Positions 1-13,446 of a DNA stretch of 64,000 bases are shown in pieces. Both the position numbers and the translations under genes were made by a program. This stretch comes from the human T2T-CHM13v2.0 reference genome, Homo sapiens: NCBI RefSeq assembly GCF_009914755.1, contig NC_060926.1; one strand, given 5' to 3'. Under the pieces are notes generated by a model that saw only the letters and a program-made list of their open reading frames with translations, was not told where the DNA came from and searched no databases. Every line of letters starts with the position of its first letter. Position 1 is the first letter of the stretch.

Positions 1-254
1 GTATATATTTTTAGGTTTATGGGGCTGCCAAATGAACTTTTGATATAGCATTGCTCTTTAATGCTTCTACCAGCATCGTGTCTGAATACCTATATCTTCA
101 CATCTTGGGCGATTCAATAACATTATTCTTTTTAAAAATGTGTGTACTTTAATGAAATATAAATTTTAAAAAGGGAATGATTATCAATTAGTTACCAATC
201 TGGAGGAGCTCTTTAAAAAACTGTTGGTTGTTTTAAATTCTCTCCAAGCGAAAA

Positions 255-1480
255 TGTTCCATAAATTTTCTCACACAGAACATGTCTGTATACCCAGTAA
301 CCAGATCAAGAAAGGGAACATGACCAGCACCTCAGAAAACCCTTTCATGCTCCCAGTTCTTTAACCACTCCCAGTAAGGGTAACTAACTACTATCCAAAT
401 TCCTAAAGGTGTAAGTTAGTATAGTCTATTTTTTGTACTTTACATAAACAGAATTGTGGAATATAAACTCCTCCATTTTGCTTATTTGGTTCAACCTTGT
501 ATGTTTGAAATAATCCACACTGTTCTGTGAAGTAGTTAGTTCATTCTCATAGCTATATATAGCATTCTGTTGTGTGACTATCTCACAATATGTTTACCTA
601 TTATATGTTCATTGGTGTTTAATAGTTTCCATATTGTGTGATTATAACACAGTATGTTTACCTGTTCTTTGTTGGTGGGTGTTTGAATAGTTTCCAGTTT
701 GAGGCTGTTAGGAGTAGTTATGCAACGATTATTCTTTTTTATTTTTGGTGAATATATGTACACATTTCTGTTGAAAATATACCTGTGAGTACAGTTACTG
801 TGTCATTAGATATATTTAGTTGTAGTAAATATTATAAACACTTTTCCAAAGTAGTTTTACAAATTTAACATCCAAATAATTTCTTTACAAGGCTGCCAGT
901 ATTTGGTATTTTCTCTTTTTTATCTGACACATTATTCTGGATATATAATGATATCTAATAATTTTAATTTGTTTTTTCATGATCAGTGATAAACTTTCAC
1001 ATGTTTATTGACCATTTGGATAATTTTAGCTCATTTTTGCTATTGAGTTGTCTTTTAAAAAATGTCAATTTATAGTTTTTATTAAGAAGGTCTTTTATAT
1101 GCCACGTATCTTCTCATACTCCAATGATTTTTTTATATTTTACATGATCTCTTTCTCTCTAGATAGCTGAAAATTATTCTCATTTTAATTTGCATTTTTT
1201 AGCTACTACCTAGGATAAACATTTTTATGTTTATTGGCTATTTTATTTTTCTCTCCAGTGAAATGTCTTGTACTATTTGCATAATGTTCTTAGGCCGTTT
1301 CTCTTTTTCTTATTTATTTTCAGTAATTTAAAAATTGGGCCTGGATATTAGGTTTATTTTTTTCAGTTTCAAACATTTCCCAGTCCATGCTTATCATTTA
1401 ACATATTTAAATTCCTTCATAGCTAACGTATAAAGTCCTAACTTTATGGTGTTTGCAGTTTGAATATTGGTTAACATGGC
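255..1480 (-). mobile_element. Ancient LINE-1 3' end / ORF2 tail (L1ME-like), degenerate
   Basis: Antisense L1M 3'-end motifs (ccagatcaagaaagggaacatgaccagcacc; ttttccaaagtagttttacaaattt; tcacatgtttattgaccatttggata); no ORF. Confidence 0.7.
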
Positions 1481-1669
1481 CTTAAATGTCTTTCTCAATA
1501 ACATAAACATTTTATTTTTGTACAAAAAATTGGTTACTCATATTTATTTACTTTTTGATTTATAAGATTGTCTAGAATTTGCTGTTATGAAGGTATTTGA
1601 ATAATTTTTCTGTAAATATTATTATTTTTCTCTTTTAATTAAATGTAGTGATTTACATGGGTTACATTT

Positions 1670-2021
1670 AGATAGTACAGGAAGAGATGTATTATAACAG
1701 ATTGTCTCCCACATTTATGGAGCCAGAGAAACCTCATGATCTGCTCCCTATAAGTGATAGGGCCAGAAAAGCTGGTGGTATAGTTCCAGCTTCAAAGTCT
1801 GAAGGCCTGAGAATAGGGTGTTGGAGCATAGGAAAAAGTGAGGCCAATTGTGTAATTCTTTGATTTCTAGTCCTAGACCAAAGGGCTGAGAATTAAAAAA
1901 CTAATGTCTAAGGGTAGAAGATGGATGTCCTATTCTAAAGTGAATCTCTTCTAGAAATACCCTCATAGACACAGCTATCTGAGGATATGTTAGCCTATTC
2001 AGGTTGACATGTAAAATCACA
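1670..2021 (-). mobile_element. MLT2-family (ERVL) LTR remnant
   Basis: agaaaagctggtggtatagttccag...tctgaaggcctgagaa...atctcttctagaaataccctcatagacac...gttgacatgtaaaatcaca, typical of antisense MLT2. Confidence 0.65.
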
Positions 2022-2732
2022 ATAATTCCCCTTTGCTTGCAGTATGGCTTTCCAGGGTTTCAGTTACTCACATGGTCAAGCAAAATCTGAAAATATCAAA
2101 TAAAAATTCCTGAAATAAGCAAACTGTAAGTTTTAAATTGTGTGCTGTTCTGAGTAGCATGATGAAATCTTGTGCCATTCCACTCTGTCCTGGCTGGGAT
2201 GTAAATCACCCCTTCATTCAGCATATTTATGGGGTGTTATGCTGCCCACCCTTTAGTTACCTAGTAGCTATCAACTATCACAGAATCTCAGTGCTTGTGT
2301 TCAAGCAATCCCTATTTTACTTAATAATGGCCCCAAAGCACAAGACTGGTGATGCTGGCAATTCACATATGCCAAAGAGGGAAGCTTTAAAGTGCTTTCT
2401 TTAGGGAAAAGGTGAAAGTTTCTCACTCAACAAGAAAAAAATATCTTACGCTGAGGGTACTAAGATCTATAGTAAGAATCTTCTTATCTATGAAATTGTG
2501 ATTAAGGAAAAAGAAATTTGTGCTGATTTGCTGTTGAATCTCAAACTGCAAAAGTTATAGCCACAGTGCATGATAAGTGCTTAGTTAAGATGGGAAGGAC
2601 ACTAAATCTCCAGATGAAAGACATTAACAGAATGTGTTCCAACTGACGGCAATCAGATTTGGTATTATCTGTGGTTTCAGGCATCTACCAAGGGTCTTGA
2701 AACATATACTCAATGCATAATGGGGACTACTG
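2020..2732 (+). mobile_element. MER44 (Tigger7-derived TcMar DNA transposon, MER44B-like)
   Basis: Starts with degenerate TIR then ctttccagggtttcagttact; internal gttctgagtagcatgatgaaatc; ends ggggactactg followed by TA. Confidence 0.8.
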
Positions 2733-2749
2733 TAGTCATCACAAAAATA

Positions 2750-3960
2750 ATAAAATTTTTTAAATAGGCAAAAGAATTAAACAAACATCTCTCCAAAGAT
2801 ATATGGATTACAATAAAGCACATGAAAAGATAGCGAACATTAGAAATTATGCAGGTTGATGCAAATTGCAATTTGACACCACAATGAGATACTACTACAT
2901 ACCTATCAGAATGCTTAAAATTCAAAAGCCTTCATAATAACAAGTGTTGAGAACATGTAGTGACTCTTGAAAACTGCTGGTAGGAAAATAAAACACTGCA
3001 CTTGCTTGGGAAAATAGCCTGGCAGCTTTGTAAAACATTAAATTTATGCTTAGTATGTGACACAACTATTCTTCTTCTAGATGCTTTACTCAAGGAAAAT
3101 GACTGAATCTATCCATTCGATATTTTCAAAATAAATATTTAGAGTACCTTTATACTACTAGCCAAAAACTAGAAATCAAGAAAATGTTCAAAATACATTA
3201 ATAGACCAAGCAACTGTGGTATAAGTGGAGTTTAACTCAGTAATATAAAAGAATAAACTATCAATGCATGCAATAACCTAAAAGAATATCATAATTATCA
3301 TGCTATTTGAAAGAAGGATATTGACAGTATCAAAATCATACTATATGATTTCATGTATGTAAAATTCTAGAAAATGCAAACTGATCTGTCATTTTGTTAC
3401 CTGGATATGGCAGGTAGAATCAAGCAGGAGGGGGTTAAAAAAATTACACAGAAAGTTTGGGAATTGATATATTATCTTGAAGATATTGATGGTTTCATGG
3501 GTGTATGCATTATGTCAAAACTTATCAAATGATACACTTCAAATATGTGAAGTTTACTTCTTGTCAATTACATCTAAATAATGACATTTACAAAAAGACA
3601 TGAAGAATTTACAAGAGAAAGGGAGCATCAGACACTGTATACCACTATCTCATGCCTTGATTTAACCTGAGTTAAACTGAGCTTCTGGAGCTGGTTGCCT
3701 ATTTTATTTGCAGGAAATACAGAAGGCAAAAGACCATGTTGAATGATACCATGAGCATATATCAGCAAAATTTTAAATGTTTTCAAATCTATGGGGTTAA
3801 ATTTATGGCAATGATGGGATTTGGTTCAGGGATGTGATTAACTTTGTATCTTAACCTGGATGGTGTTTATAAGATATATTGCCTATGCAATGTATTAAGA
3901 TAAATATTTATTTTATATGGGTTGTGGTTTTCATTTGTAACCATAGAAGTGTTTTAAAAA
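2750..3960 (+). mobile_element. Ancient LINE-1 ORF2 C-terminus and 3'UTR fragments (L1MC/L1ME-like)
   Basis: aataggcaaaagaattaaacaaacatctctccaaaga, cacaatgagatactactacatacc, gatggtttcatgggtgtatgc...gtcaaaacttatcaaa. Confidence 0.7.
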
Positions 3961-4267
3961 TGTAATTTACCATAGGAGTGAATTTACTAAAAGATCTTTT
4001 AAAATGGTCTTCACCTCTATTATAATTTCCATCCCAATAATCCATTATCCACAGGTGCCGGTTCTCCAGAAATGAATTTTAAGACTCTTTTCTCTCATAC
4101 CAAGTTAGAACTGCAATTCCTGGACAACAAACAACAATTTTGTTTGTTTTTGCGTATTGCTTTCCACCTATAACTTTAAACTTTCCGTTACTATAGTCAC
4201 TAAAATCCCTTTATCTGCTAAATCCAATGATTGCTAATAAGTTTCATCCTACCAAAGTTACATGGGA

Positions 4268-4762
4268 TGTGGCAGGCTTAAAAATGGCCTGAAAAGATAT
4301 CCAGGATTAAATTCCCGGAATCTGTAGATATCACCTTATTGAGTAAAAGGTTCTTTTCAGATGTGATAAAGTAAAGGTGAGATGAGGAGGCTATTTTTGA
4401 TTATCTGAGTGGGTCCTAAATGCAATCACAAGTATCCTTATAAGAAAGAGACAGAGAGAAATTTGATACACACAGAGGAGGAGGTGATATAAAGACAGAG
4501 CAGAGACAGAGAGTTAAAGTTGCTGACCTTGAAGATTGGAGTCAAGTGGGCACAAGCCAAAGAATGCCAGCAGCCACCAGGTGCAGGAAGCAGGGGATGG
4601 ATTGTCTCTAGAGCCTTTAGAAGGAGTGAAATCCTGCCTTGATTTCAGCCCAAGTTACTGATTTTGAACTTTTGGCCTTTAGAATTCTGAGAAAATACAT
4701 TTGTTTTGTTTTAAACTATCAATCTGTAGTAATTTGTTCAGCGTCCACAATAAACTCACACA
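4268..4762 (+). mobile_element. MLT1C/D-like MaLR solo LTR
   Basis: TG start tgtggcaggc; gtgggtcctaaatgcaatcacaagtatccttataag; cacaagccaaagaatgccagcagccacc; ends gtaatttgttcagc...aaactcacaca. Confidence 0.8.
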
Positions 4763-5378
4763 CGCGGCATACAGACTTACTCACTGCTCCACTATTGGAT
4801 TGTTTTCTTTCTTTAATTTCCAGACATTCATGTTTCCCTCCTGATTCTCTGAGCAGTCAACAGCTCTGCATTTTTTAAGTTTAATGCTCAAATTTCCTTT
4901 TTTCCCTCCATTTTCCCTGATATATATATATATTTAGCACTCTTCTCAATCCGCTTAAGGATTCTTATTCACTCTGTATTTTTCTCTTCTACTTATGGTA
5001 AAATGATCTTCAAATTCCTAAACCAAGTCTAGCCATTTCTAAGTCAAAATCCATAAATCTAACTTTCTTTGGACTTCTTCACTTGGATATCACGTAACCG
5101 CCAACTCATACCCAATGTAGAGAATCTCCACTCATATTTTTCTCACAAAAATTTTTTACTGTTCTACCCTCTATAAAAAACAGTCAGTCATCTCAGAGAA
5201 GACATTTCATACTCATAAATTCTTCATTTCCCTTGTCTCATGTAAACAATCACTTCCAAATGACTGTTTCCAGTTCATGTTAATGGGAAAACAAAGTTGG
5301 CAGAGCACATTATTTTCTCTGTTTTAAATTATAGCAACTAAATTACTATTTTAAATTTCATTTGTAAAAATTATTGCT

Positions 5379-5686
<308 letters not shown>

Positions 5687-5829
5687 TTACTACAAAATAG
5701 AACTTTTGATTTCATAACAATTGGCATTGATATGTACTGGCAGGAAGTCTTCATCAATCTCAAATTTAGAACTCTTTGTAGTTTTGCCTTTGACCTTTAC
5801 AAGCAGTTCTGGGAATATGTCATAGGAAT

Positions 5830-8517
5830 AGAACATTGTTGGATAGAAGGAATTAAAAATATTCTAGAGGATTCTAGGATGAAAGCAAAGCAGCAAGGAT
5901 TCCTGGATACGTATACCCACCTAGACAACAATTGCATTGGCAAAATTAGTCTGATGTAAGTATTTGGGAGTTCCAGAGTCTATTCCAAGGATTGCAACTC
6001 CCAGGGGAAGATTTGCAAGGTAAATTTCAGTTAATGTAAGCCTATTTCAGCTGCTAGCAGTGTAGCAGCTATCCAACCCCTAGAATCCATGGCAGGCAAC
6101 TGTGTATATGTTCCTGGAAAGGCTGAACAGAGCTTGTGAGAGCCAGAGTGGACAAAAAGATCCTGTCCACCAAAAATTGGGGATTTATTTTTTAATTGTT
6201 GATTGCTTCTTTTGGTCTTGGAGGCATAGATACATAAGTGAGCAGCAATTGTTGTACCTCTTGCTCTAATGTTGCAAGCCCCTCCCACTTTGATGAAGCA
6301 ACGTCCAGGAAATTTAAAGGGCCAGAGCCTTTTTTCTCCCCATCTTCATTTTTCTCTTTTTACCCATTTAGGAATCAGACAGTAAAACCCTAGAATATTC
6401 AAAAGAAAACCAAATATATGGAGGAATTAGAAAGTTATTATGTACAACCAGTGATAGTCACAGGCTTAAAAAGGCCCTCAAAAGATCTAAAGCTTATATA
6501 TCTGACTAATTTCTTGCACAAAGACAGCCTACAGCAGAAAAAAAAAATACACCCCACAAAAATCAACAAAGCTTGGGGTAGGAGCAGAATCTGATGATTT
6601 GAGTTATTAGTTTCAAAAGTTCTGCTTTTATCAATAAAAAAATCACAAAATGTACCAATAAATGGGAAAGTATGGCCTATTTTAAGGTAAAAAAGTAATC
6701 CAAGAGAAACCATCCTGAGAAGGACCAGCTGGCAAACTTGCTAGTCAAAGACATTAAAACAATTGTTTTAAATATGTTCAAAGAACTAAAGAACGATGTG
6801 GAGAAAGTCAAGAAAACAATGTATGAACAAAATTAAAATGTCAATAAAGAGATATAAAACATAAAAGTAATTATGAAACTTTGAAGTACAATTACCGCAA
6901 TGAAAAAGTTGCTGGAGGGATTCAAAGTTAGATTTTAGCAGTAAGAAGAAAGAATGAGTGAACTCGAAGATAGGAAAATTGAAATTATTGAGTTTGAGGA
7001 ACAGAAAGAAAAAGCACCGAAGAAAAGTGAACAGAGCCCAAAGGACTTGTAAGTTACCAGCAAGAAGACTAAAATACATATTGAAGTTCCAGAAGGAGAA
7101 GAGAGAGACAAAGGGGTAAAGAAATTTTTCAAAGACAGAATGACCAGAATTTGCCAAATTTGATGAAAGACATGGATATAAACATTCAAGAAGCTGCATT
7201 AACTCCAAGTCAGATAAACTCAGAGACCTATATTGACACATTATAATCAAACTATAAAATGCCAAGGACAAAGGGTAAAACTTGAAAGCTGAAGGAAAGA
7301 AGTAAAGTAGCATGTAAAAAAGGATTCTCAGAGAATGTCAGCAGATTTCTCCTCAGAAATTTTGGAGGGCAAAAAGCAGTGAGCCAATATATTTAAAGTA
7401 CTATAAAAAAAAATGAAAGACTTTCAACCAAGAATCCTACATTCAGGATAACTGTCCTTCAAAAATGAGAGACATTAAAACATTCCCAGATAAGCAAAAA
7501 CTGAGGCAGCTTATTACCACTAGATCTGCCCTACTAGGTACTATACGAAATCCTGTGAGTTGACATGAAAGGAGACTAAACAGTAAAACTTACAAAGGTG
7601 TATAAAGAAGTAAACATTCCAGTAAAGGTAAATACGTGGGTAATTATATAAGCTAGCATTATTTTAATATTGGTTTGTAATTTCACTTTTTGTATTCTAC
7701 ATTACTTAAGAGACTAATACATTTTTTAAAACTATTGTTAGTTTAAAAGTTAGTATTCTTGTAACTTTACTTTGTAACTCCACATTTGGTTTTCCATATA
7801 ATTTAAGATAATAATACATAAGACATATTTATATTTTTGGAAACATGTAAAGATGTAATTTTGTGACATCAACAAATGAAAAGGGTCAGGATGAAGCTGT
7901 TTAGGAAAAGAGTTTCTGTATGTTATTGTAAGTTAAACTGGTGGAAACTCAAATTATAATGCTTTAACATTAGGATGTTAAATGTAATCCCCATGGTAAC
8001 CACAAAGAATCTAGTTATAGAATATACGTCATGAACAAAAGGTAATGAGGAGGGAATGAAAAGCTTTCACTGCAAAAAAAATAGACTAAACACAAAAGAA
8101 AACAGTAACGTCAGAAATGAGATACAAAATTAATGTAACGCATAGGGAACATAAATAACAAAATAAAACAAGCCTCTCCTTTGTAATTACTTAAATGTAA
8201 AGTTGTTAAGCTCTCTAAATGAAAAGACAGAGATAAGCAGAATGGGTATAAAAACATACTCCAACTAGAATGGCGTGAACCCGGGAGGCGGAGCTTGCAG
8301 TGAGCCGAGATTGCGCCACTGCACTCCAGCCTGGGGAACAGAGCGAGACTCAGTCTCAAAAAACAAAAAACAAAAATACAAAAAAAAATTCCTCCAACTA
8401 TATACTATCTACAAGTGACTCACTTAGATTTAGAGACACAAATATGTTAAAAATGAAATATTGAAAAAAGACTTTTCTTGCAAATAGTAAGCAGAAGAGA
8501 GCAGGGTTAACAATAAT
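5830..8517 (+). mobile_element. Old L1M 5' region: 5'UTR, decayed ORF1, inter-ORF spacer and start of ORF2
   Basis: ORF1 motifs (gaagaaagaatgagtgaactcgaagatagg; gttccagaaggagaagagagaga; caaccaagaatcctacattcag); ORF2 endonuclease start (cttgcaaatagtaagcagaagagagcaggg); interrupted by Alu fragment. Confidence 0.8.
8268..8388 (+). mobile_element. 5'-truncated Alu right-arm fragment (AluY-like)
   Basis: gaatggcgtgaacccgggaggcggagcttgcagtgagccgag to A-tail, CpGs largely intact; flanked by ctccaacta direct repeat (8259-8267 / 8392-8400). Confidence 0.95.
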
Positions 8518-8835
8518 TAAGCCAGTCACAAAAAGACAAATACTGCATGATTTATGTGACTTATATGATTTATATGACTTATATGAGGTGCCTACAGTAG
8601 TCAAATTCACAGATAGAGAAAGTAGAATGGTAGTTGCCAGGGTCTGGGGCAAAGGGGTATGGGTAGTCATTCTTTAATGGGTAGAGAGTTTCAGTTTTTC
8701 AATGAAAGGACCTCTAAAGATGGATGATTTCGATGGTAGAAAAACAATATGAATATACTTGATATCACTAAACTGTACACTTAAGAATGATTACATTTAA
8801 AATTTTATTTTATATTTATTTTATTACAATAAAAA
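8518..8835 (+). mobile_element. L1MB-like 3' end
   Basis: aagccagtcacaaaaagacaaatactgcatga; gaaagtagaatggtagttgccagg; aactgtacacttaagaatg; ends acaataaaaa. Confidence 0.8.
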
Positions 8836-9079
8836 TGTTATTTGAATAAAAATAGTATTTCAGTCTTATTTCATGCACAAAGGGCCACTTTACAGATGTA
8901 TGATATTAGGATTTCATTGTATTTGACAAAAGACCCACTCAAATATATAATTTTTTAAAAATTATGCTATATTAAAGAATGAAGAATTTTGTAATATAAT
9001 AATGCCTTTTTAAAATATGGAGTTTAGGAAATGTATTGACCCTGTAATTCAGCCTCTTTTATATCATTTGAATGCATCT

Positions 9080-9800
9080 GTTTATCTCAATCTTAAATGC
9101 CACTGCCTTAGTTCAAGTTCTAATTTCTTTCTTGAATTATTGAAAATGATCATAATATCTAATTTCCAGCCTTGATTTTTTGCTTATATCTCTTTCTACA
9201 ATATCTACCCAATTATGCAGTTACCTTGTTTGAATATTTCTTTCCCTTCCTACTTGCTTTGAGGTAAAATAAAATATTTTACCTACAGGCAAAGACAGCC
9301 TTTAGAGTCTAACTGATCTGACTCTCCACTTTCTCTTCTCATTAGCCTCCTTCTTGCAATTTATGCTTAACATGTTACGTTGAATATCTCAAAGACACCA
9401 TGCATTTTCATGCCTTGTATGACTTTAAATTGCAGATCTTCCTGGAATGCCCATTTTTTCCCCTTCATCTTGACAATTACTATTTTTCTTTCAAGAGTAG
9501 TTGAGCCATATCATTTACCATCCAAACCAGGGCAGTTTGGCAGTGAAAAATAATACAATTAATAATTATGTCAGGACAAAAAGGCATAATCCAGGATTTT
9601 CCCAGGGAAAGCAGCTGTATGGCGACATTATTTATAGAAACATTTTCATGACTTTTTGTTTAATCATACAGTGGTATCTTTCTTTTTGTCTTGTTATGTA
9701 TGTCTTCTTGTTTAACAAACTATAATCTCAAACAGAGTGAAAACTTAAATACACCCTACTTACCCTAGGGACTGACACATACTGAGTATACAGTACACTT
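9080..9800 (+). mobile_element. L2 fragment interrupted by MER81
   Basis: gccactgccttagttcaag; cttcctggaatgcccattttttcccc, L2-like and heavily diverged. Confidence 0.5.
9498..9630 (+). mobile_element. MER81 (hAT-Blackjack MITE)
   Basis: Colinear with recalled MER81: ccatatcatttaccatccaaaccaggg...ttaataattatgtcaggacaa...gtatggcgacatta; degenerate TIRs. Confidence 0.75.
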
Positions 9801-12800
9801 TTTAAAAAATTAGAGCTCTCTAGAAAGTGCCTGGAATATACTACTTCTATAGACACTTTGAGTTTATTTTCGTATTCTTTTGATTTGTGTAACGTCTGTT
9901 CTACTTACCTGCCTATATTCTAATTTACTAATATTAAGCTCAGAGTCACAGATGAATTTGCAACACGAAAAGCCTACCAGTTTCTATGGACCTGTTTTTA
10001 AGAAGCATAATGACATCTTCAATTTGAAGTAAAAATATGAAAAATATTTTTCAGAAGCCTGTAATAAAAACATTTCTAATTTATCTCAAAGGAATTTGGA
10101 ACTGCCCTCACTGGTGTAAAATGTAAAATCCTTGACGATAATCAGTGCATTTCTCTGTATTTGGACATGCTTCCTGGATCCAAAGTCTTTGGTGACCAAA
10201 GTAAAAAAGAAGCAAAGACTGAAAGCAAAATCTTCTTAATAAAATAGGAATTTTGAAGTTTAATATGTAGTCCTATTATTTTAGAAATCGAGTGCCCAGG
10301 AAAAATCAGAAAGCATGTTTTCCTCTAAAAAGAGATGTGTATATCTTATCATTTGAGAACATAATTTTACTAGACAATTAAGAAATGAATGATAGTGCTT
10401 ATCTTATTTTAAATGAGTAAACAGGGTTTCCGATCTAAAGAATGCTTCACTTAACTAAATGTGATAGTTTCTTTTGAACCCCTCCTTTAAGAGTATGTAG
10501 CAGAAATGTACTAAAAATTTTTACTCTGTATATCAGCTTCTCAGATTTAACACATTTGTTTTTATCTTATAGAGCTACATTGCTTTGAATTGGATGTCAT
10601 TTGCTATCAGAACAAAGAAGACATAGAATTGGAGGATATTAAAAATCCAATGATTCCTTATAACTGTAGAGATAAAGCAGTTAGAAAATTCAAATTTGTC
10701 AAATTCTCAAATCAATCTTTATTTTCAAATGAAGCGGTTAACATATGAGGAAAGAATTTGCCTTCAATTGTAGTTGATCTGAAAATAACATAGCAGTTTT
10801 AAACATTAATTTATTATGTCACCTGAATTTATATTCGGCCAGTATTTATGTCTGAGTGTGGAAACGCTGAATTATGTACATAAGAACTAAAACTTTTACA
10901 GGGTGATTACACACGTTACATAAACCCTACCTGTTAAAATAAAATTTCCCTAAAATGAAAAATAAAATTTCAAGTGAAATAATGTGGATTTATTCTTCTG
11001 CAAGGAAAATAATTTATGCTTAAGATCTAAGGAATCTTTAATGTTCCAAATCTAAATAATACAAGTCTTGATGTAAGTGGATGTATTCATAATGGCAACA
11101 GTCATACAAATAGAGATACAATGCTACTTTTAAAACCACTAAGTCTTAAAACCTATATCCACATAAAAATAAGTAAAATAACAAAGTTATAATGCTCACG
11201 TTTATTTTTATGATAACCATAACTTTTCACTTTGGGCAAATCTAAGGTGTGTGGGCTAGAGAGGTGATGTAGAACTATAGAGCAGGAAAGCTATCTGTTC
11301 CTGTGTCTTACCTTTTCTAGTTGTTTATCATTGAACTTTAGCTTCATCTGAAAAACAGACTGCATGGATGGTAACATTTGCTCTATCTCAGGCATTTCCT
11401 AATTACATCACATTCTTGTTGTAATTAGCTTGGATTATGTTCTACAAGCAAGGTCCATGGCAGAAAAAAAGAATATGCTTTCTGATGTAGATTAAAATAT
11501 CTGCCCTCAATTTGGGTCACAATGTTATTCAGTAGACAGTGTTAGAAACATTCCAGCCCTAACTCCACCTTGCAGAAAGAGGGCTTAGTAGAGAATGGGA
11601 GGGCAGCAGATTTTGTTTCGTTTTGTTTTAATCTAGCAGGAGGTCATTAATTATTCCTCCACAGGTTCTTGTTCCTAGACAAAAGTGATGTTCCTGATTG
11701 ATTATAGGTAGGACTTACACTCTGAAATGGTTTGGGGTTTTTTATGTTATTGCCTTTATTATTGTTACTGTTGTTTATTTCCTTTATTATTGTTGTTTTT
11801 CATAAATATGTAGGGAATTGTGCAGATTATGCAGTTTCATTTGATTTCTAATAGGGCTACTTTTGGGAAAGAAGATAATGTGTCTATTTTTTGTGTCTAT
11901 AGACTCAGTGGATAACCACATTAGCAATGTAAACCTGCCCATAGAAAGGAAGTGAGAAAGAGAAGTGGTTTAACTTTTTCTCCTAGAACTCTTCATGGAC
12001 CCCACAGTTATTCTTTTCTATCCATTACAAAAAGAAATTTTATTTACCATTGCTATTTTCAGAGAAGCTCCACCTGTTTCTATCCACCAGTATTGTAAAT
12101 AGGTGAGAATCTCTGATATAATAAAAGAAAAATCTATCCACAGCTATCTGCATGAATGATATAGTATATATATATATAAATAATATATATACAATGTATA
12201 AATTATATGTGAAAGTGTTCTTTTAAAACTTTTTTTTATATTTTAAAGTATTTTCATCATGTTTTAAGGCACATAGCTATAAATAATTATTTTTTTTTTT
12301 TTTGGAATTGCAGAAGATACGCTTTGGGTAGATAAATTCTAAAGATCTGGCAACATCAACACATTATTTTTGCCTGATACCCCCTTCTCCTAGTTTAATG
12401 TTTTTCTAGAATATGGGCTTAAGGATTCTTGAATTTCCTCTTTTATTGGAGCTGACAGAAGTCCAAGGATGCATAGAAAAATTTACTCTGAAAAAAATAG
12501 TTTTAGTGTATAAAAATCACTGAAACATACTGAGAACTTAGCGTGAATATCACCTTGACCACAAACAGAGAGGAGTCTTAATAGATTTCACAGAGTGGCT
12601 TGTTACATTAGTAGATATCAGTGATCAAAACTGAAGGGTTTATTTTGCTTCAGTATGTTATGATCATCCAGGTTAAATTTTGTACAATATTATCGTCAAT
12701 AAATACTTTGAGGACACTAATTGTGTTACACAATCTAAATCAAATTATCTATACCGTTAGTACATGGGAGTACATTATATAGTTGTGATTGATAGATAGC

Positions 12801-12997
12801 CTCTTTCATCCCAAAAGTTTCAGAATAATGGTTCTTTATCCAGAAATGAATGCATTAATTCTTACAGCATCTTTGCTGGTTTGAAAAGAAAATGTTAATA
12901 CCATTATGCAAAAAATTATCTATGCATATTCAGAGAAAACAAATTGAGAGATGATAAATAATTTTACAAAGATCACACAGAATGTCAATAGTAATAA

Positions 12998-13446
<449 letters not shown>

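Noticed and set aside
6786-7313. 175-aa hydrophobic - strand ORF
   Set aside because: Antisense of A-rich decayed L1 ORF1; the Phe/Leu bias is compositional.
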